Source: Candidatus Woesearchaeota archaeon (lineage in GTDB: Archaea; Nanobdellota; Nanobdellia; Woesearchaeales; GW2011-AR9). From it: DNA of 64,000 nt. Position 1 is the stretch's first letter; each line of letters begins with the position of its first letter. Both the position numbers and the translations under genes were made by a program. Where the stretch lies: contig JABHQW010000001.1 of the NCBI GenBank assembly GCA_018696595.1, positions 6,223 to 70,222 of the forward strand, given 5' to 3'. The notes below the pieces were generated by a model. That model was not told where the DNA came from. It saw only the letters and a program-made list of their open reading frames with translations, and ran no database searches. This document shows positions 38,266 through 48,844 of the stretch, one piece after another.

Positions 38266-39489
38266 ATGAAATATGCTCATTTAGCAGACTTGCATCTTGG
38301 AAGTTGGAGAGATGATAAAATGAGAGAACTTTCCACGAAAGCTTTCTTAACAGCAATAGATGACTGTGTTCAGAAACAAGTAGATTTTATTCTTTTTGCA
38401 GGAGATTTGTTTAACACATCTCTTCCAAACTTAGACACGTTAAAAATAGTAACTAAGAAACTTAAAGATCTTAAAGACAAAAACATTCCTGTTTATGCAA
38501 TTGCAGGCAGTCACGATTTCTCACCAACAGGAAAAACTATGATTGACGTTTTAGAAAATGCGGGATTATTAATTAACGTTTGTAAAGGATCAGTAAATCA
38601 AGAGAACAAACAGTTACATCTGGGTTTTACAGTAGATCCAAAAACAGGAACAAAGATAACCGGCATGTTGGGCAAGAAAGGTTTACTAGACAAAATTTAT
38701 TATCAAAACTTATTTTTAGAAAATTTAGAACAAGAACAGGGCTATAAGATATTTATGTTTCACACAACTTTATCTGAATTGAAACCAAAACATTTAGAGA
38801 AGATTGAGTCTCAACCAGTATCATTTTTACCAAAAAATTTTCATTATTATGCTGGTGGTCATATCCATCATCCTACAAAAGTCCATCAGGAAGGTTATGG
38901 AACATTAACTTATCCTGGCGCGTTATTTCCAAATAACTTTTCTGAGTTAGAAAAGTATAGTAAAGGAAGTTATTTTTTAGTAACTGTTGAGAATGATGAA
39001 CAAAAAGTTGAATTAGTACCATTAGAAATTATAAAACATAATTCTTTAATCTTAAACTGCCATCGTAAGACTCCAGAAGTAATCTCATTTGAAATACTAA
39101 ATCATTTCCACGAATTAGATGTAAAAGAAAGTTTGATTACAATCCGTCTCACTGGAACCTTAGATAAAGGTAAGGTCTCAGATATTAATTTCAAAGAAGT
39201 TTTTAGTCAACTCTATAGTAAAGGGGCATTTTTTATTATGAAGAATACTGCTCAGTTAACTTCGGAAGAATTTGAAGAAATTAAGATTTCACATTCTAAT
39301 CCCGAAAATGTTGAAGAAGAAATTATTAAAGAACATTTACAACAGATTAAACTATTTGACAGAGACTCCGAATTACACCTAACTAAATCTTTGATGAGGG
39401 TTCTTAATACTACAAAGAAAGAAGGCGAGACAGTAACTGATTTCCAAGGCCGAGTAAAAGAAGAAGTTAGTAAGTTACTGAATTTGTAG
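38266..39489 (+). CDS. Mre11/SbcD-like metallophosphoesterase (DNA repair exonuclease family)
   Basis: AHLADLHLG, FAGDLFN, GSHD, HIHH phosphoesterase motifs; no Rad50 partner adjacent. Confidence 0.6.
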   Translation: MKYAHLADLHLGSWRDDKMRELSTKAFLTAIDDCVQKQVDFILFAGDLFNTSLPNLDTLKIVTKKLKDLKDKNIPVYAIAGSHDFSPTGKTMIDVLENAGLLINVCKGSVNQENKQLHLGFTVDPKTGTKITGMLGKKGLLDKIYYQNLFLENLEQEQGYKIFMFHTTLSELKPKHLEKIESQPVSFLPKNFHYYAGGHIHHPTKVHQEGYGTLTYPGALFPNNFSELEKYSKGSYFLVTVENDEQKVELVPLEIIKHNSLILNCHRKTPEVISFEILNHFHELDVKESLITIRLTGTLDKGKVSDINFKEVFSQLYSKGAFFIMKNTAQLTSEEFEEIKISHSNPENVEEEIIKEHLQQIKLFDRDSELHLTKSLMRVLNTTKKEGETVTDFQGRVKEEVSKLLNL

Positions 39490-39530
39490 AAACAAAAGTA
39501 ATTTAAACTAAAAAGAATTATCTAACACAT

Positions 39531-40724
39531 ATGAAAACATTCCACTTATTACAAACACCAGTAAGAAATAAAGTAGTATTTCTTAGAACAGATTATAATG
39601 TCCCTCTTAGAAATGGAAAGGTGTGGGACGCCCATAAAATTGAAGCTTCTTCATTAACAATAAAATATCTTTTACGAAACAATTGTAAAATTATTATTGG
39701 AACCCATTTAGGAAGACCTAAAGGAAGAATTGTAAAAGAACTTAAAACTGATCCGTTAGTAAAAGAATTAAAGAAGTTATTTCCAAAAATAAAAATAACT
39801 AAGTTGAATGATTGTATTGGAAAAGACATTAAAGAAAAGATTCAAAGAGCAAAAACCAAACAAATATTCTTATTAGAAAACTTACGTTTCTACAAAGAAG
39901 AACAAGCTAACGACCCTGCTTTTGCTCATTCCCTTGCAGATCTTGCTGACATTTACGTAAATGATGCATTTGCCGTTTCGCACCGAAAACATGCTTCTTT
40001 AGAAGCGATCACACATTTCTTGCCCGGCATTCCAGGAATACAGTTTGAGAAAGAAATTATTTTTCTGAATAAAGTACTAAAAACAAAAAGAAAGTCGGTC
40101 TGGATTATTGGCGGAGCGAAATTAGACAAAGTAGATTTTATTAATAAAGCGTTGAAGAAAGCAGATAAAGTTCTTATTGGTGGAGCATTAATCTTTGCAT
40201 TTCTAAAAGCTAAGGGTTACAAAGTGGGACATTCTAAAGTGGATAGAACTTCTGTAGAAAATGCAAAAAAGATTTTAAGAAAATTCTCTGCTAGAAAGTT
40301 AGTTTTACCTCTTGACTTTGTTGTCGCGGACAAATTATCACCAAAAGCAAAAACAGAAATTGTCCCTTACAATCAGATCCATCATCAACAAATTGGCTTG
40401 GACTTGGGGCCAAAAACGGTGGAACTTTTCAAGAAACAACTAGCTAAAGCCAAAGTGATTATTTGGAATGGCCCGTTAGGTTATTCTGAATGGGTGAAAT
40501 TCTCTCAAGCAACAAAAGAAGTTGGCCGATTCCTAGGTAAGATGAAAGTACTTAAGGTAGTTGGGGGAGGAGAAACTGCGGAAGCGATTTACCGATTTCA
40601 TTTAGAACGTAACTTTTCTCACGTTTCTACTGGAGGGGGGGCTACGTTAACATTTATTTCTGGAAAGAATATGCCTGGAATAAAAGCTTTAGAAAGAAAC
40701 TTTAAGAAATTTAAGAGATCTTAA
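39531..40724 (+). CDS. pgk: phosphoglycerate kinase
   Basis: VFLRTDYNVPL N-terminus, GGGETAEA, STGGGA hinge motifs. Confidence 0.9.
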   Translation: MKTFHLLQTPVRNKVVFLRTDYNVPLRNGKVWDAHKIEASSLTIKYLLRNNCKIIIGTHLGRPKGRIVKELKTDPLVKELKKLFPKIKITKLNDCIGKDIKEKIQRAKTKQIFLLENLRFYKEEQANDPAFAHSLADLADIYVNDAFAVSHRKHASLEAITHFLPGIPGIQFEKEIIFLNKVLKTKRKSVWIIGGAKLDKVDFINKALKKADKVLIGGALIFAFLKAKGYKVGHSKVDRTSVENAKKILRKFSARKLVLPLDFVVADKLSPKAKTEIVPYNQIHHQQIGLDLGPKTVELFKKQLAKAKVIIWNGPLGYSEWVKFSQATKEVGRFLGKMKVLKVVGGGETAEAIYRFHLERNFSHVSTGGGATLTFISGKNMPGIKALERNFKKFKRS

Positions 40725-42006
40725 TTTCTATTTCTCGACCAAAAGAAACCAGCATTAAATTCTGGAATAATTCAACTTCCCTTTTCTGGATTGCTCTTAA
40801 ATCATCTAACTCATCCTCAGCATCAGCCACTTCTTCAACAAGTTTTGTTCCTTGTTTGGTAAAATGTTCCAATCGATATTTAGCTTCTTCCACTTTCATC
40901 AGATTATCTTTATTTCTAAAAGAAGGTTCTTTTAACATTTCCAGTTCTTCTTTTGCTCTAATAGATTGTTCTTGTAAAAGTTTTAGCTTCCCACTAGTAC
41001 ATTCATCAATAATTCTTAAAGCAGTATCGTTTTGCATGGGGTCCAGTTTAATTCTTCCTTTAGTAATTTGTTCCCTCATCTCTCTTAACAGATTATTAAT
41101 TGCTAAAAATTTATCTTCGTAAAAAGTGTGGACTGGTTCTTCCAAATACTTCTGAATTAACTGATTAGATTGATTAAGACCCACTTGTTGTCTAAAAGCT
41201 GGTTTAAGTTTAGATAATAAAATTGACACCTGGCCATCCAAATCCACTAAAAGTGCAACTAATTCGGTTTCTCTGTTCTTTCTCTTCGATAAATCTTCAG
41301 TATTGTCATTATTCTTAAGAACACGAGATAATTCTTTTTCCTTCTCTCCTTTTGATTCTTCTGCATTCTTAAACCGTTCTCTTTTAGAAGAAAGATCGTC
41401 TTTAATTCTCTTAATTCTTTCTTGAGTTTCTTCGATCAAGTTAGCCTTATCCAAAAGGTTGTCCATCTTACTATAACCACAATTGATAATCTTGCTGTCA
41501 AAACTTTCTTTAAGTTGTTCAATCCCGATTAGTTCTTTTAATAATGGGTTAATTGCTAAATCTTTCTCCTCTTTGTTAAGAACAAAAGTATAATTGTAAG
41601 CGAAAGAACTTGCTTCAACAAGTTTTTGTAATTTTTCCAAATGGTCAGAAAGTTTATAATTTAATTTCATGACAGATTTAAAGTTAGGACTTTCTTTAAA
41701 AGTTAAGAAATCTAAAAATTTTCTTGAATGATTAAAGATGGTAGAAATGTCTTTAGTATCATAATCTAATCCCAAAGTGATGATTTTCTTTTCCCAATCA
41801 TCAATCTTACATTCTAATAACCAACGCTTGTCTTTTAATTTGTTCACATAATTAATTAACCAATCATCTAACTGATTATTATGAACGAGATCGTCTATCT
41901 TAATTTTAACCCAATCAGACAAATCGTTAATATGAATATATTCTAACTCAGATTCGTCCTCTTCGGCAACGCCGAGTTTCTTTAGAAAGTTTACTAGCCA
42001 CCCCAT
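40711..42006 (-). CDS. coiled-coil protein, function unknown
   Basis: 431 aa, heptad-rich and Lys/Glu-rich. Confidence 0.35.
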   Translation of the reverse strand: MGWLVNFLKKLGVAEEDESELEYIHINDLSDWVKIKIDDLVHNNQLDDWLINYVNKLKDKRWLLECKIDDWEKKIITLGLDYDTKDISTIFNHSRKFLDFLTFKESPNFKSVMKLNYKLSDHLEKLQKLVEASSFAYNYTFVLNKEEKDLAINPLLKELIGIEQLKESFDSKIINCGYSKMDNLLDKANLIEETQERIKRIKDDLSSKRERFKNAEESKGEKEKELSRVLKNNDNTEDLSKRKNRETELVALLVDLDGQVSILLSKLKPAFRQQVGLNQSNQLIQKYLEEPVHTFYEDKFLAINNLLREMREQITKGRIKLDPMQNDTALRIIDECTSGKLKLLQEQSIRAKEELEMLKEPSFRNKDNLMKVEEAKYRLEHFTKQGTKLVEEVADAEDELDDLRAIQKREVELFQNLMLVSFGREIEIKIS

Positions 42007-42073
42007 AAGAGACTTCTGATTAAATTAGTTTATAAGGATTTCTGTAGTAGGAAATAAGGATTAGGGTTATAAG

Positions 42074-43273
42074 CTATTTGCCAGCAACAATTTCAACGAT
42101 ATCAGAATGTTTCAGCAGATGTTCCTTCCCTACTGTCATCTTTGTTCTTACATCTTTTGCACAGATGAATTTCTTACCAAAATCTGTATGCAATTTGTAA
42201 GCAAAGTCTAAAGCAGTTGTACCTTCCGGCATAAGAAAACAGTCAGGCAAACATCTTCCTTCAGAATCTTCTAATTTAGAAACTCCACCTGGGAAAATTG
42301 CAATATATTTCAGAACATTAAATACAGCTTGATCTAATGTTTGTTGTACTCCCGTAGTTCCAAATTTTTCTAAAATGTTCTGCCGGATAAATTCTAAAGC
42401 GGCTTTTTGTTTCTCATTCATTCTCTCTTGGTTTAAATTCAAGAAAGTATCATCTCCGGGAACATATTCAATTAACTCTGCTTTTGCTGCTTCTCTTAAA
42501 GCAAGCTCAGATTCTGCTGAACAAGCAACGAAAGTGTGACCAGTAAATTGTGTCTTTAATTTCTCATAATTTTCTTTTGCACCAGGGATATCAATTTTAT
42601 TACAAGCAATAATCATCGGTTTAGTTTGTTTACGTAAACTCGTTGCTAAAGACTTCAGATCTTCAGCAGTCCAAGTGTTAGGCTTTTCTTTATCAAAACC
42701 TAATTTCTTAATAGTATCTTCAACCATATTTTCAGTAACACCTAGACCAGATAATTGTTTACCTAAAGCCAAATGAATTTCTGCTTTTTCTTGCATTACA
42801 GTCCGGGCAAACTTTTCCCAACCTTTCTTTAATATGCCAAGATACCACATATCTAATTCCACTTCTAAAAATTTAACATCATTAGCAGGATCGTAACTTC
42901 CAGGAGTGATAGGTTCACCTTTCTCATTAGTTGAACCAGCAACATCGATAACATGAATTAAAACGTCTGCTTGCCTAAGATCATCTAAGAATTGGTTACC
43001 CATTCCGTGCCCTTCATGCGCTCCAGGAACTAACCCAGCAACGTCAATCATTTGAACTCCAACAAATCTAGAATCTTTTAATACAAAACCAGTTCTTGGA
43101 TTAGAGACTTTATCAAAATCTAATGCTGGATCTTTAACTTTAACATGTCCAACCCCGGTATTAGGGTCAATCGTTGCGAAAGGATAATTAGCAATTTCTA
43201 CTTCTGCCAGCGTAGCTGCTTTAAAGAATGTACTTTTACCAACGTTTGCTTTTCCCACTACTCCTACAATCAT
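42074..43273 (-). CDS. Obg-like ATPase/GTPase (YchF/Ola1 family)
   Basis: MIVGVVGKANVGKSTFFKAATLAEVEIANYPFATIDPNTG; C-terminal TGS-like domain. Confidence 0.75.
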   Translation of the reverse strand: MIVGVVGKANVGKSTFFKAATLAEVEIANYPFATIDPNTGVGHVKVKDPALDFDKVSNPRTGFVLKDSRFVGVQMIDVAGLVPGAHEGHGMGNQFLDDLRQADVLIHVIDVAGSTNEKGEPITPGSYDPANDVKFLEVELDMWYLGILKKGWEKFARTVMQEKAEIHLALGKQLSGLGVTENMVEDTIKKLGFDKEKPNTWTAEDLKSLATSLRKQTKPMIIACNKIDIPGAKENYEKLKTQFTGHTFVACSAESELALREAAKAELIEYVPGDDTFLNLNQERMNEKQKAALEFIRQNILEKFGTTGVQQTLDQAVFNVLKYIAIFPGGVSKLEDSEGRCLPDCFLMPEGTTALDFAYKLHTDFGKKFICAKDVRTKMTVGKEHLLKHSDIVEIVAGK

Positions 43274-43382
43274 ATAAACTCCAGAGAATTAAATCCTTTT
43301 TAATATTTTCTGTAAAAAAGAAGGTTAATCTAAACAATAATTCTGGAAAAAGTTTATAAATCACCTCCAAAGCCACAATTAT

Positions 43383-44060
43383 ATGGATGTAAGAGAAGAA
43401 ATAATTAATTGTATTTCTGAAAGCGATTTAGTATTGGTAGATGCTTGTATTTTTGGTTGTACAGATCCGAGTGGTTCACATCGAGAGATCTCTGAACATC
43501 TTTATGATGCAAAGAAAATTTCTCAGTTGGAAAACTTAACAGAAGAAGTTTTTGCATTACACATGGCTTGGCGTTGGGATTTACATTGTATTGTAAGTAA
43601 AGATAATGTTTATACAATCCCAGGGGTTGTTGAAGAGATTAATGGGTTTTCAAGAATTTTACAAAATTCATATAGCTGGCATACGGAATTGATTAGAAAT
43701 CCAAAGAGAAAAGGAAAACCTTCTAAAAATATGGGTGACCCTCGTGAAGAATTTCCAGTATTGGATTATTTAGATTCTTTAATTAAAGATGTTGGAAGAA
43801 CAATTAATAGACTGAATATTTATCGGGGCCCAAAGGTAGAATTATTCAGAAATGTTGAAGGTGCATCAGAAACAGATTATAATTTGGTAGAAGCCGCAGT
43901 TGGTTATTCTTTAAGCCATCCAGAAATGAAAGTTGAAATACTTTCTGAAGATAGACATGTCCATAAGATAATTAATAACTATTTAAAAAATAAAATTGCT
44001 AGAACAATAAATGAAACACAAACTGATTTAGAAACAATTACTGGAATTTCTCAATCTTAA
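43383..44060 (+). CDS. hypothetical protein
   Basis: 225 aa; N-terminal DLVLVDACIFG weakly PIN-like. Confidence 0.3.
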   Translation: MDVREEIINCISESDLVLVDACIFGCTDPSGSHREISEHLYDAKKISQLENLTEEVFALHMAWRWDLHCIVSKDNVYTIPGVVEEINGFSRILQNSYSWHTELIRNPKRKGKPSKNMGDPREEFPVLDYLDSLIKDVGRTINRLNIYRGPKVELFRNVEGASETDYNLVEAAVGYSLSHPEMKVEILSEDRHVHKIINNYLKNKIARTINETQTDLETITGISQS

Positions 44061-44676
44061 CATCCCCATCTGGAATGCCAATATCGACAATAACAGTTTT
44101 ATCTTTAAATTTCTCTAAACCTTTCTTTAAATCATGGAAACAAATAATTAAATCTGCTTGACAAACCTTTTCTCCTTCTCCAGTATCCCCGTCCATTCCA
44201 GAAGGAAGGTCAACAGCCACTTTAGCACCAGAAGTTGAATTAAATAAATCAATTGCAGAAGCGAATGGTTCTCTAACTATTCCAGTAAATCCGGTTCCCA
44301 ATAAAGCATCAATTAAAATATAATCTTTATTTTGAAAATGAAACGCTTTAAGTTCTTCTTTATCTCGGATTTCAATTACTGCGTCTTTAATCTTCTTATA
44401 ATTCTGTTCGGCTTCTTCAGATTGTTTCTCTACATCCCCAAAGAATAGAACTAAAACTTTACTTTCCTCGGCAAAATGTCTAGCAGCCACAAAACCATCA
44501 CCGCCATTATTACCTTGGCCACAGAAGATAACAATCTGTTTATTATCTAGTTCAAACTTTTGCTGAACTGTTTCAAACACAGCTTTCCCCGCATTTTCCA
44601 TCAACTCAGAAACAGAAATTCCTTGCTGAATTGCTTGCTCTTCAAGAGCTTTCATTTCCTTTACAGTAATCATCAT
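44038..44676 (-). CDS. NAD(P)H-hydrate epimerase (YjeF N-terminal domain)
   Basis: VIFCGQGNNGGDGFVAARHF signature. Confidence 0.75.
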   Translation of the reverse strand: MMITVKEMKALEEQAIQQGISVSELMENAGKAVFETVQQKFELDNKQIVIFCGQGNNGGDGFVAARHFAEESKVLVLFFGDVEKQSEEAEQNYKKIKDAVIEIRDKEELKAFHFQNKDYILIDALLGTGFTGIVREPFASAIDLFNSTSGAKVAVDLPSGMDGDTGEGEKVCQADLIICFHDLKKGLEKFKDKTVIVDIGIPDGDVKIEKFQ

Positions 44677-44715
44677 TAAACCGAAATCTAAACTACTTTA
44701 TATGTGTTTAGCATA

Positions 44716-45540
44716 TTAGTATTCAACAAATTGTCCATCCACTAACTCTCCAAAAGAAATCTTGCAACCTCGAACCCTTAAAGCCTGTACTGTTCTTTTG
44801 TAGGCGGGTTCTTCCAAGCTGGATAAGAAAGTAGCACAACCATCCCCAATCAGTTCCCCTGTTGAGAAACTTTCAACAATAAAGTCTAATAGTTCGGATT
44901 CATTTATTGGGACTAATTCATTTACCAAAAGCGGATCTATTCTCTCTTTTAATTCCGGAAAAGATAAATGTGTTCTTGCTTTATAAGAAACCATGTTGCC
45001 ACCATATCCATAAGCATCGTGCACGTTTGTTGGAGAAACTTCAATTAAGTCACTTCTTTTTAATCCAAGCTCTGTCTCCATTCTTACTCTTAAAAATTCT
45101 TCAAATTCCAAATCTCCTTCTTTTAGATTACACATCCCTGCGGCTGAACAATCCAATAAACCAGCGGCCAAAATGTTGTCCCCTCTTCTTTGAACAACTA
45201 ATTTTTTATCACTAGTGTATAAAGCAACACCTACAGAAGATGCCCTTGATAAATCATAAAGGTTTTCGCTTAAAGGCCGTTGTGGCAGTGATATTGTAGC
45301 GGAAATAACATCATAATGACGAAAATTAATCCCAATAAAAGATAATGCGCCTTGAGTATCCCAAAAATTTCCTAAACGCCCGTCCCATTGACCATTCTTT
45401 CTTTCCTGCCAAATTTGTCTAAATATTTCTTGATCTTTGTTATTAAGAAAATCCCCATAATCTCCTTCTAAACGTATTGGAGAAGCAATAACATCAGAAA
45501 GATTATTTGCTTCAAAACAATAAAACTTAATATCTCCCAT
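44716..45540 (-). CDS. hypothetical protein
   Basis: 274 aa ORF. Confidence 0.35.
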   Translation of the reverse strand: MGDIKFYCFEANNLSDVIASPIRLEGDYGDFLNNKDQEIFRQIWQERKNGQWDGRLGNFWDTQGALSFIGINFRHYDVISATISLPQRPLSENLYDLSRASSVGVALYTSDKKLVVQRRGDNILAAGLLDCSAAGMCNLKEGDLEFEEFLRVRMETELGLKRSDLIEVSPTNVHDAYGYGGNMVSYKARTHLSFPELKERIDPLLVNELVPINESELLDFIVESFSTGELIGDGCATFLSSLEEPAYKRTVQALRVRGCKISFGELVDGQFVEY

Positions 45541-45607
45541 AATAAATTGTCAGCTGAAGATAACTTTTATAAAGTTTCTGAATTTATAGAATTGAAAAGA
45601 GGGTAAT

Positions 45608-47419
45608 ATGTCTTTAAGCTTAAAGAAATATCAAGAAATTGATCTGAAACACAATCTTAAAACATTGTGGGGTTTTGTTAGTAAATACAAGTTAATTCTC
45701 TTTTCAATCATTGGACTTATGTTTGTTAATGAAGGGGTTGTTTTCTTAGACAATTTTATTTTCAAATATTTGGTTGATAAAGGAACATTATTTACAAATA
45801 ATGAACTTAGTGCAGAATTATTTGCTAAAGTAATAATTGGTTCAGTATTAGTTTATTTGGGATTAAAAGTTATTGATGCCGTTCTTTGGTATTTCATGAT
45901 CCATTTTACTAATCGCTTAGAATCAAAAATGATGTCAGACATAGAAAAGAAATCATTCTGGCACATTCTAAAGTTATCTTACAGATTTCATTTAAACAAA
46001 AAAACAGGATCTATTATTTCACAGTTTACTCGGGGTATTAACAAAGTAGAAACTTTTGCTGACGCTTTCTTATTTCATTTCGTTAAAGTTTTCTTCAGAA
46101 TAATACTTGCCATCGGAGTGATTTTCTATTTTGATTTAGCTACAGCATTGACATTGTTGGCGATGATTGTCGTATTTGTATTTGTTGGGTTCCATATTAC
46201 TAACTTACAAAAGAAACCGCAAAACATTGCTAATTATCGTGAAGATGTTTTGAAACAAAACCTGAGTGATGTTTTCCTAAACATTGAAACTGTAAAATAT
46301 TTTGCTAAAGAAAAAAGCACGCAGGGATTCTTTAGTGCATTATCACACAGATTAAGAGATTCACGTTATAAGTTCTGGAATTACTTCTCCTGGCACGCTG
46401 GAATTCAAACTATGGTTTTAGGGATTGGAATCTCTTTAATCTTCTATTTCAGTTTTACTGGATTACTTACTGGAAGATTAACTTTAGGAACAATTACACT
46501 TATTTATGCTGCAGTTTGGAAATTAATTCCAAACTTATTCGGACTAATTCATGGATACAGACAATTTGTTAGAAGCATTGTCGATGTAGATGCTTTATTT
46601 AAGATGTTTAAAGAAGAGAATGAGGTTAAAGATTTAGTTCATGCAAAGAAATTAAAAGTTGATGAAGGAGAGATTGTATTTAAGAATGTTACTTTCACTT
46701 ATCCCGTTACCAAACAAAGCCATCAACCGAAAACTGTTATTAAGAATTTTGATTATAAAGTTAAAAAATATCATAAAGTTGCCTTTGTCGGTCCTTCAGG
46801 AGGAGGAAAAACAACAATGATTAAGTTACTTTATAGGTTGTTTGACCTTTCAGAAGGAAAAATATTAATTGATGGCCAAGATATTAGTAAAATCACTCAA
46901 GAATCTCTTCGTGACAATATGAGTGTTGTTCCTCAAGAACCTTTGTTGTTTGACAATTCTCTGTGGTACAATATTGCTTATGCCAATCCAAAAGCAAGTA
47001 AACGACAAATTTGGAAAGCGATTAAGTTTGCTCAATTAGATAAGTTTATTGCAGACCTTCCTAACAGAGAGAAAACAATTGTGGGTGAAAGGGGTGTTAA
47101 GTTATCTGGTGGAGAAAAGCAAAGAGTTTCTATTGCTCGAGCTTTGCTTGCAAACAAAAAAATATTAGTTTTAGATGAAGCTACTTCTGCTCTTGATTCA
47201 GAAACAGAGAAAGAGATTCAGAAAGATTTAGAGAAGTTAATGAAAGGCCGAACAACCATTATGATTGCTCACAGATTATCTACAATTATGAAAGCTAATG
47301 AGATTGTTGTTATTAGTAAAGGTAAGATTGTAGAGGCCGGAACCCATAAAGAATTGACTAATAAACGCGGTGGATTGTATAGGCGGTTATGGGAACTGCA
47401 AAGAGGCGGTGGATTGTAG
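45608..47419 (+). CDS. ABC transporter, fused permease/ATPase (MsbA-like exporter)
   Basis: Six-TM N-terminal domain; Walker A GPSGGGKTT, signature LSGGEKQR, Walker B ILVLDEATSALD. Confidence 0.85.
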   Translation: MSLSLKKYQEIDLKHNLKTLWGFVSKYKLILFSIIGLMFVNEGVVFLDNFIFKYLVDKGTLFTNNELSAELFAKVIIGSVLVYLGLKVIDAVLWYFMIHFTNRLESKMMSDIEKKSFWHILKLSYRFHLNKKTGSIISQFTRGINKVETFADAFLFHFVKVFFRIILAIGVIFYFDLATALTLLAMIVVFVFVGFHITNLQKKPQNIANYREDVLKQNLSDVFLNIETVKYFAKEKSTQGFFSALSHRLRDSRYKFWNYFSWHAGIQTMVLGIGISLIFYFSFTGLLTGRLTLGTITLIYAAVWKLIPNLFGLIHGYRQFVRSIVDVDALFKMFKEENEVKDLVHAKKLKVDEGEIVFKNVTFTYPVTKQSHQPKTVIKNFDYKVKKYHKVAFVGPSGGGKTTMIKLLYRLFDLSEGKILIDGQDISKITQESLRDNMSVVPQEPLLFDNSLWYNIAYANPKASKRQIWKAIKFAQLDKFIADLPNREKTIVGERGVKLSGGEKQRVSIARALLANKKILVLDEATSALDSETEKEIQKDLEKLMKGRTTIMIAHRLSTIMKANEIVVISKGKIVEAGTHKELTNKRGGLYRRLWELQRGGGL

Positions 47420-47427
47420 AGATTAAT

Positions 47428-47832
47428 ATGTTAACTGCTGCAAGAGTAATCATTCTGAAAAATAACAAAATTCTTTTTATTCACAGAATAAAGTACGGAA
47501 AAGAATATTATGTTCTTCCTGGCGGTGCGATTGAAGCTAATGAGACTCCTGAAGCAGCAGCAGTTAGGGAAATTAAAGAAGAAACTAATTTTGAGATTAA
47601 AATTGATAAATTACTTTGGGGATCTGAAGAATTTGTTAAAAGTGAAAAAAGATATGCTTATTATTTCTTAGCAAAAAGTTTTACTGGTAAATTAAAACTG
47701 GGTGGACCAGAAATTGTAAGACAAGCTGAAGATAATCAATATATATTCGAATGGTTAACAATATCTGAATTAGATAAGTTATTAGTTTATCCAGAAGGAT
47801 TAAAAGAAAGAATTAAAGAATATTTCTCTTAA
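47428..47832 (+). CDS. Nudix hydrolase
   Basis: GGAIEANETPEAAAVREIKEETN = Nudix box GX5EX7REUXEEXGU; start taken at the internal ATG 47428. Confidence 0.8.
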   Translation: MLTAARVIILKNNKILFIHRIKYGKEYYVLPGGAIEANETPEAAAVREIKEETNFEIKIDKLLWGSEEFVKSEKRYAYYFLAKSFTGKLKLGGPEIVRQAEDNQYIFEWLTISELDKLLVYPEGLKERIKEYFS

Positions 47833-47912
47833 AATAAATATATAATATCAATTTGGTAGTTTGTGAGAAAATAGTAGCAAAATATTTAAAATAAACACAA
47901 AATAAACAGTTT

Positions 47913-48437
47913 ATGGGTAAAAAAAGTAATAAAATTAGCAGATTAGAAAAAAATTTAATGAAAGTAAACGCGGTAATCCTAATCCATCCTGCTTATGACT
48001 TAAGAGATTTAGAATCACATAACAAAAGTCCAGAATCTTATATTGGCGGATTAAAAGAAATGAACCAAATAGCAATCAGAGTAGGTAAACCAATTTATGC
48101 TATTCCTTATACTTTAGCTAACCCTAAAAAGTTACCCCCAGAGATTATAGAACCTTGGGAAATACTCCACCCTGGTATGTATGGTGTTAATCCAAACATG
48201 GGGTTACAGCAAATATCTGCAAAAGAGAATGTTCCACTAAAAGAATTAGTTATTGCCTTAGGGGGAATGTATGAAACAGCTTGTATGGCATTATGGGGCC
48301 AATGTTGTTTTAGAAACTATTATGGTAGAGAAGTTAGAGATGAGTATCAAGATAATCTTGAAATATTAACTAAAACTATTCCAATAAAAGGTCGTTCTGC
48401 AAAAGTGATTCAATCTATAACTCGTGATAAATCTTAA
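47913..48437 (+). CDS. hypothetical protein
   Basis: 174 aa ORF. Confidence 0.35.
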   Translation: MGKKSNKISRLEKNLMKVNAVILIHPAYDLRDLESHNKSPESYIGGLKEMNQIAIRVGKPIYAIPYTLANPKKLPPEIIEPWEILHPGMYGVNPNMGLQQISAKENVPLKELVIALGGMYETACMALWGQCCFRNYYGREVRDEYQDNLEILTKTIPIKGRSAKVIQSITRDKS

Positions 48438-48844
48438 AGTAGATAATAAACCCCAACACTAACCAAGAATCCTAACACAGAGCCAACGATAACTTGTAAA
48501 GGGGTATGGCCCATAGAAAAGTGGGTTTTCTTTTTCATCTTTAACTTTTTCATGATATCATTAATAACAATACCTTCTTCACCAGCAGTTCGACGCACAC
48601 CAAAAGCATCTCTAAGAACAACCATAGCAAAAACTAAACTAATAGCAAAACTAGTAGACAAACCCTCTACCAAATAAATTATTGTAACTAAAGAAACTAC
48701 GAAAGCAGCATGAGAACTTGGCATTCCACCAGTTACGACTAAGTCATGCCAACTTAAAGTCTTATGTTTAAACCATAAACCAATCAATTTTATTACTTGC
48801 GTACCAAATCCCGCTAGTAATAAAGCCAATATTATTTTGTTCAT
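48434..48844 (-). CDS. divergent PAP2 family membrane phosphatase
   Basis: GGMPSSHAA motif typical of divergent PAP2. Confidence 0.7.
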   Translation of the reverse strand: MNKIILALLLAGFGTQVIKLIGLWFKHKTLSWHDLVVTGGMPSSHAAFVVSLVTIIYLVEGLSTSFAISLVFAMVVLRDAFGVRRTAGEEGIVINDIMKKLKMKKKTHFSMGHTPLQVIVGSVLGFLVSVGVYYLL

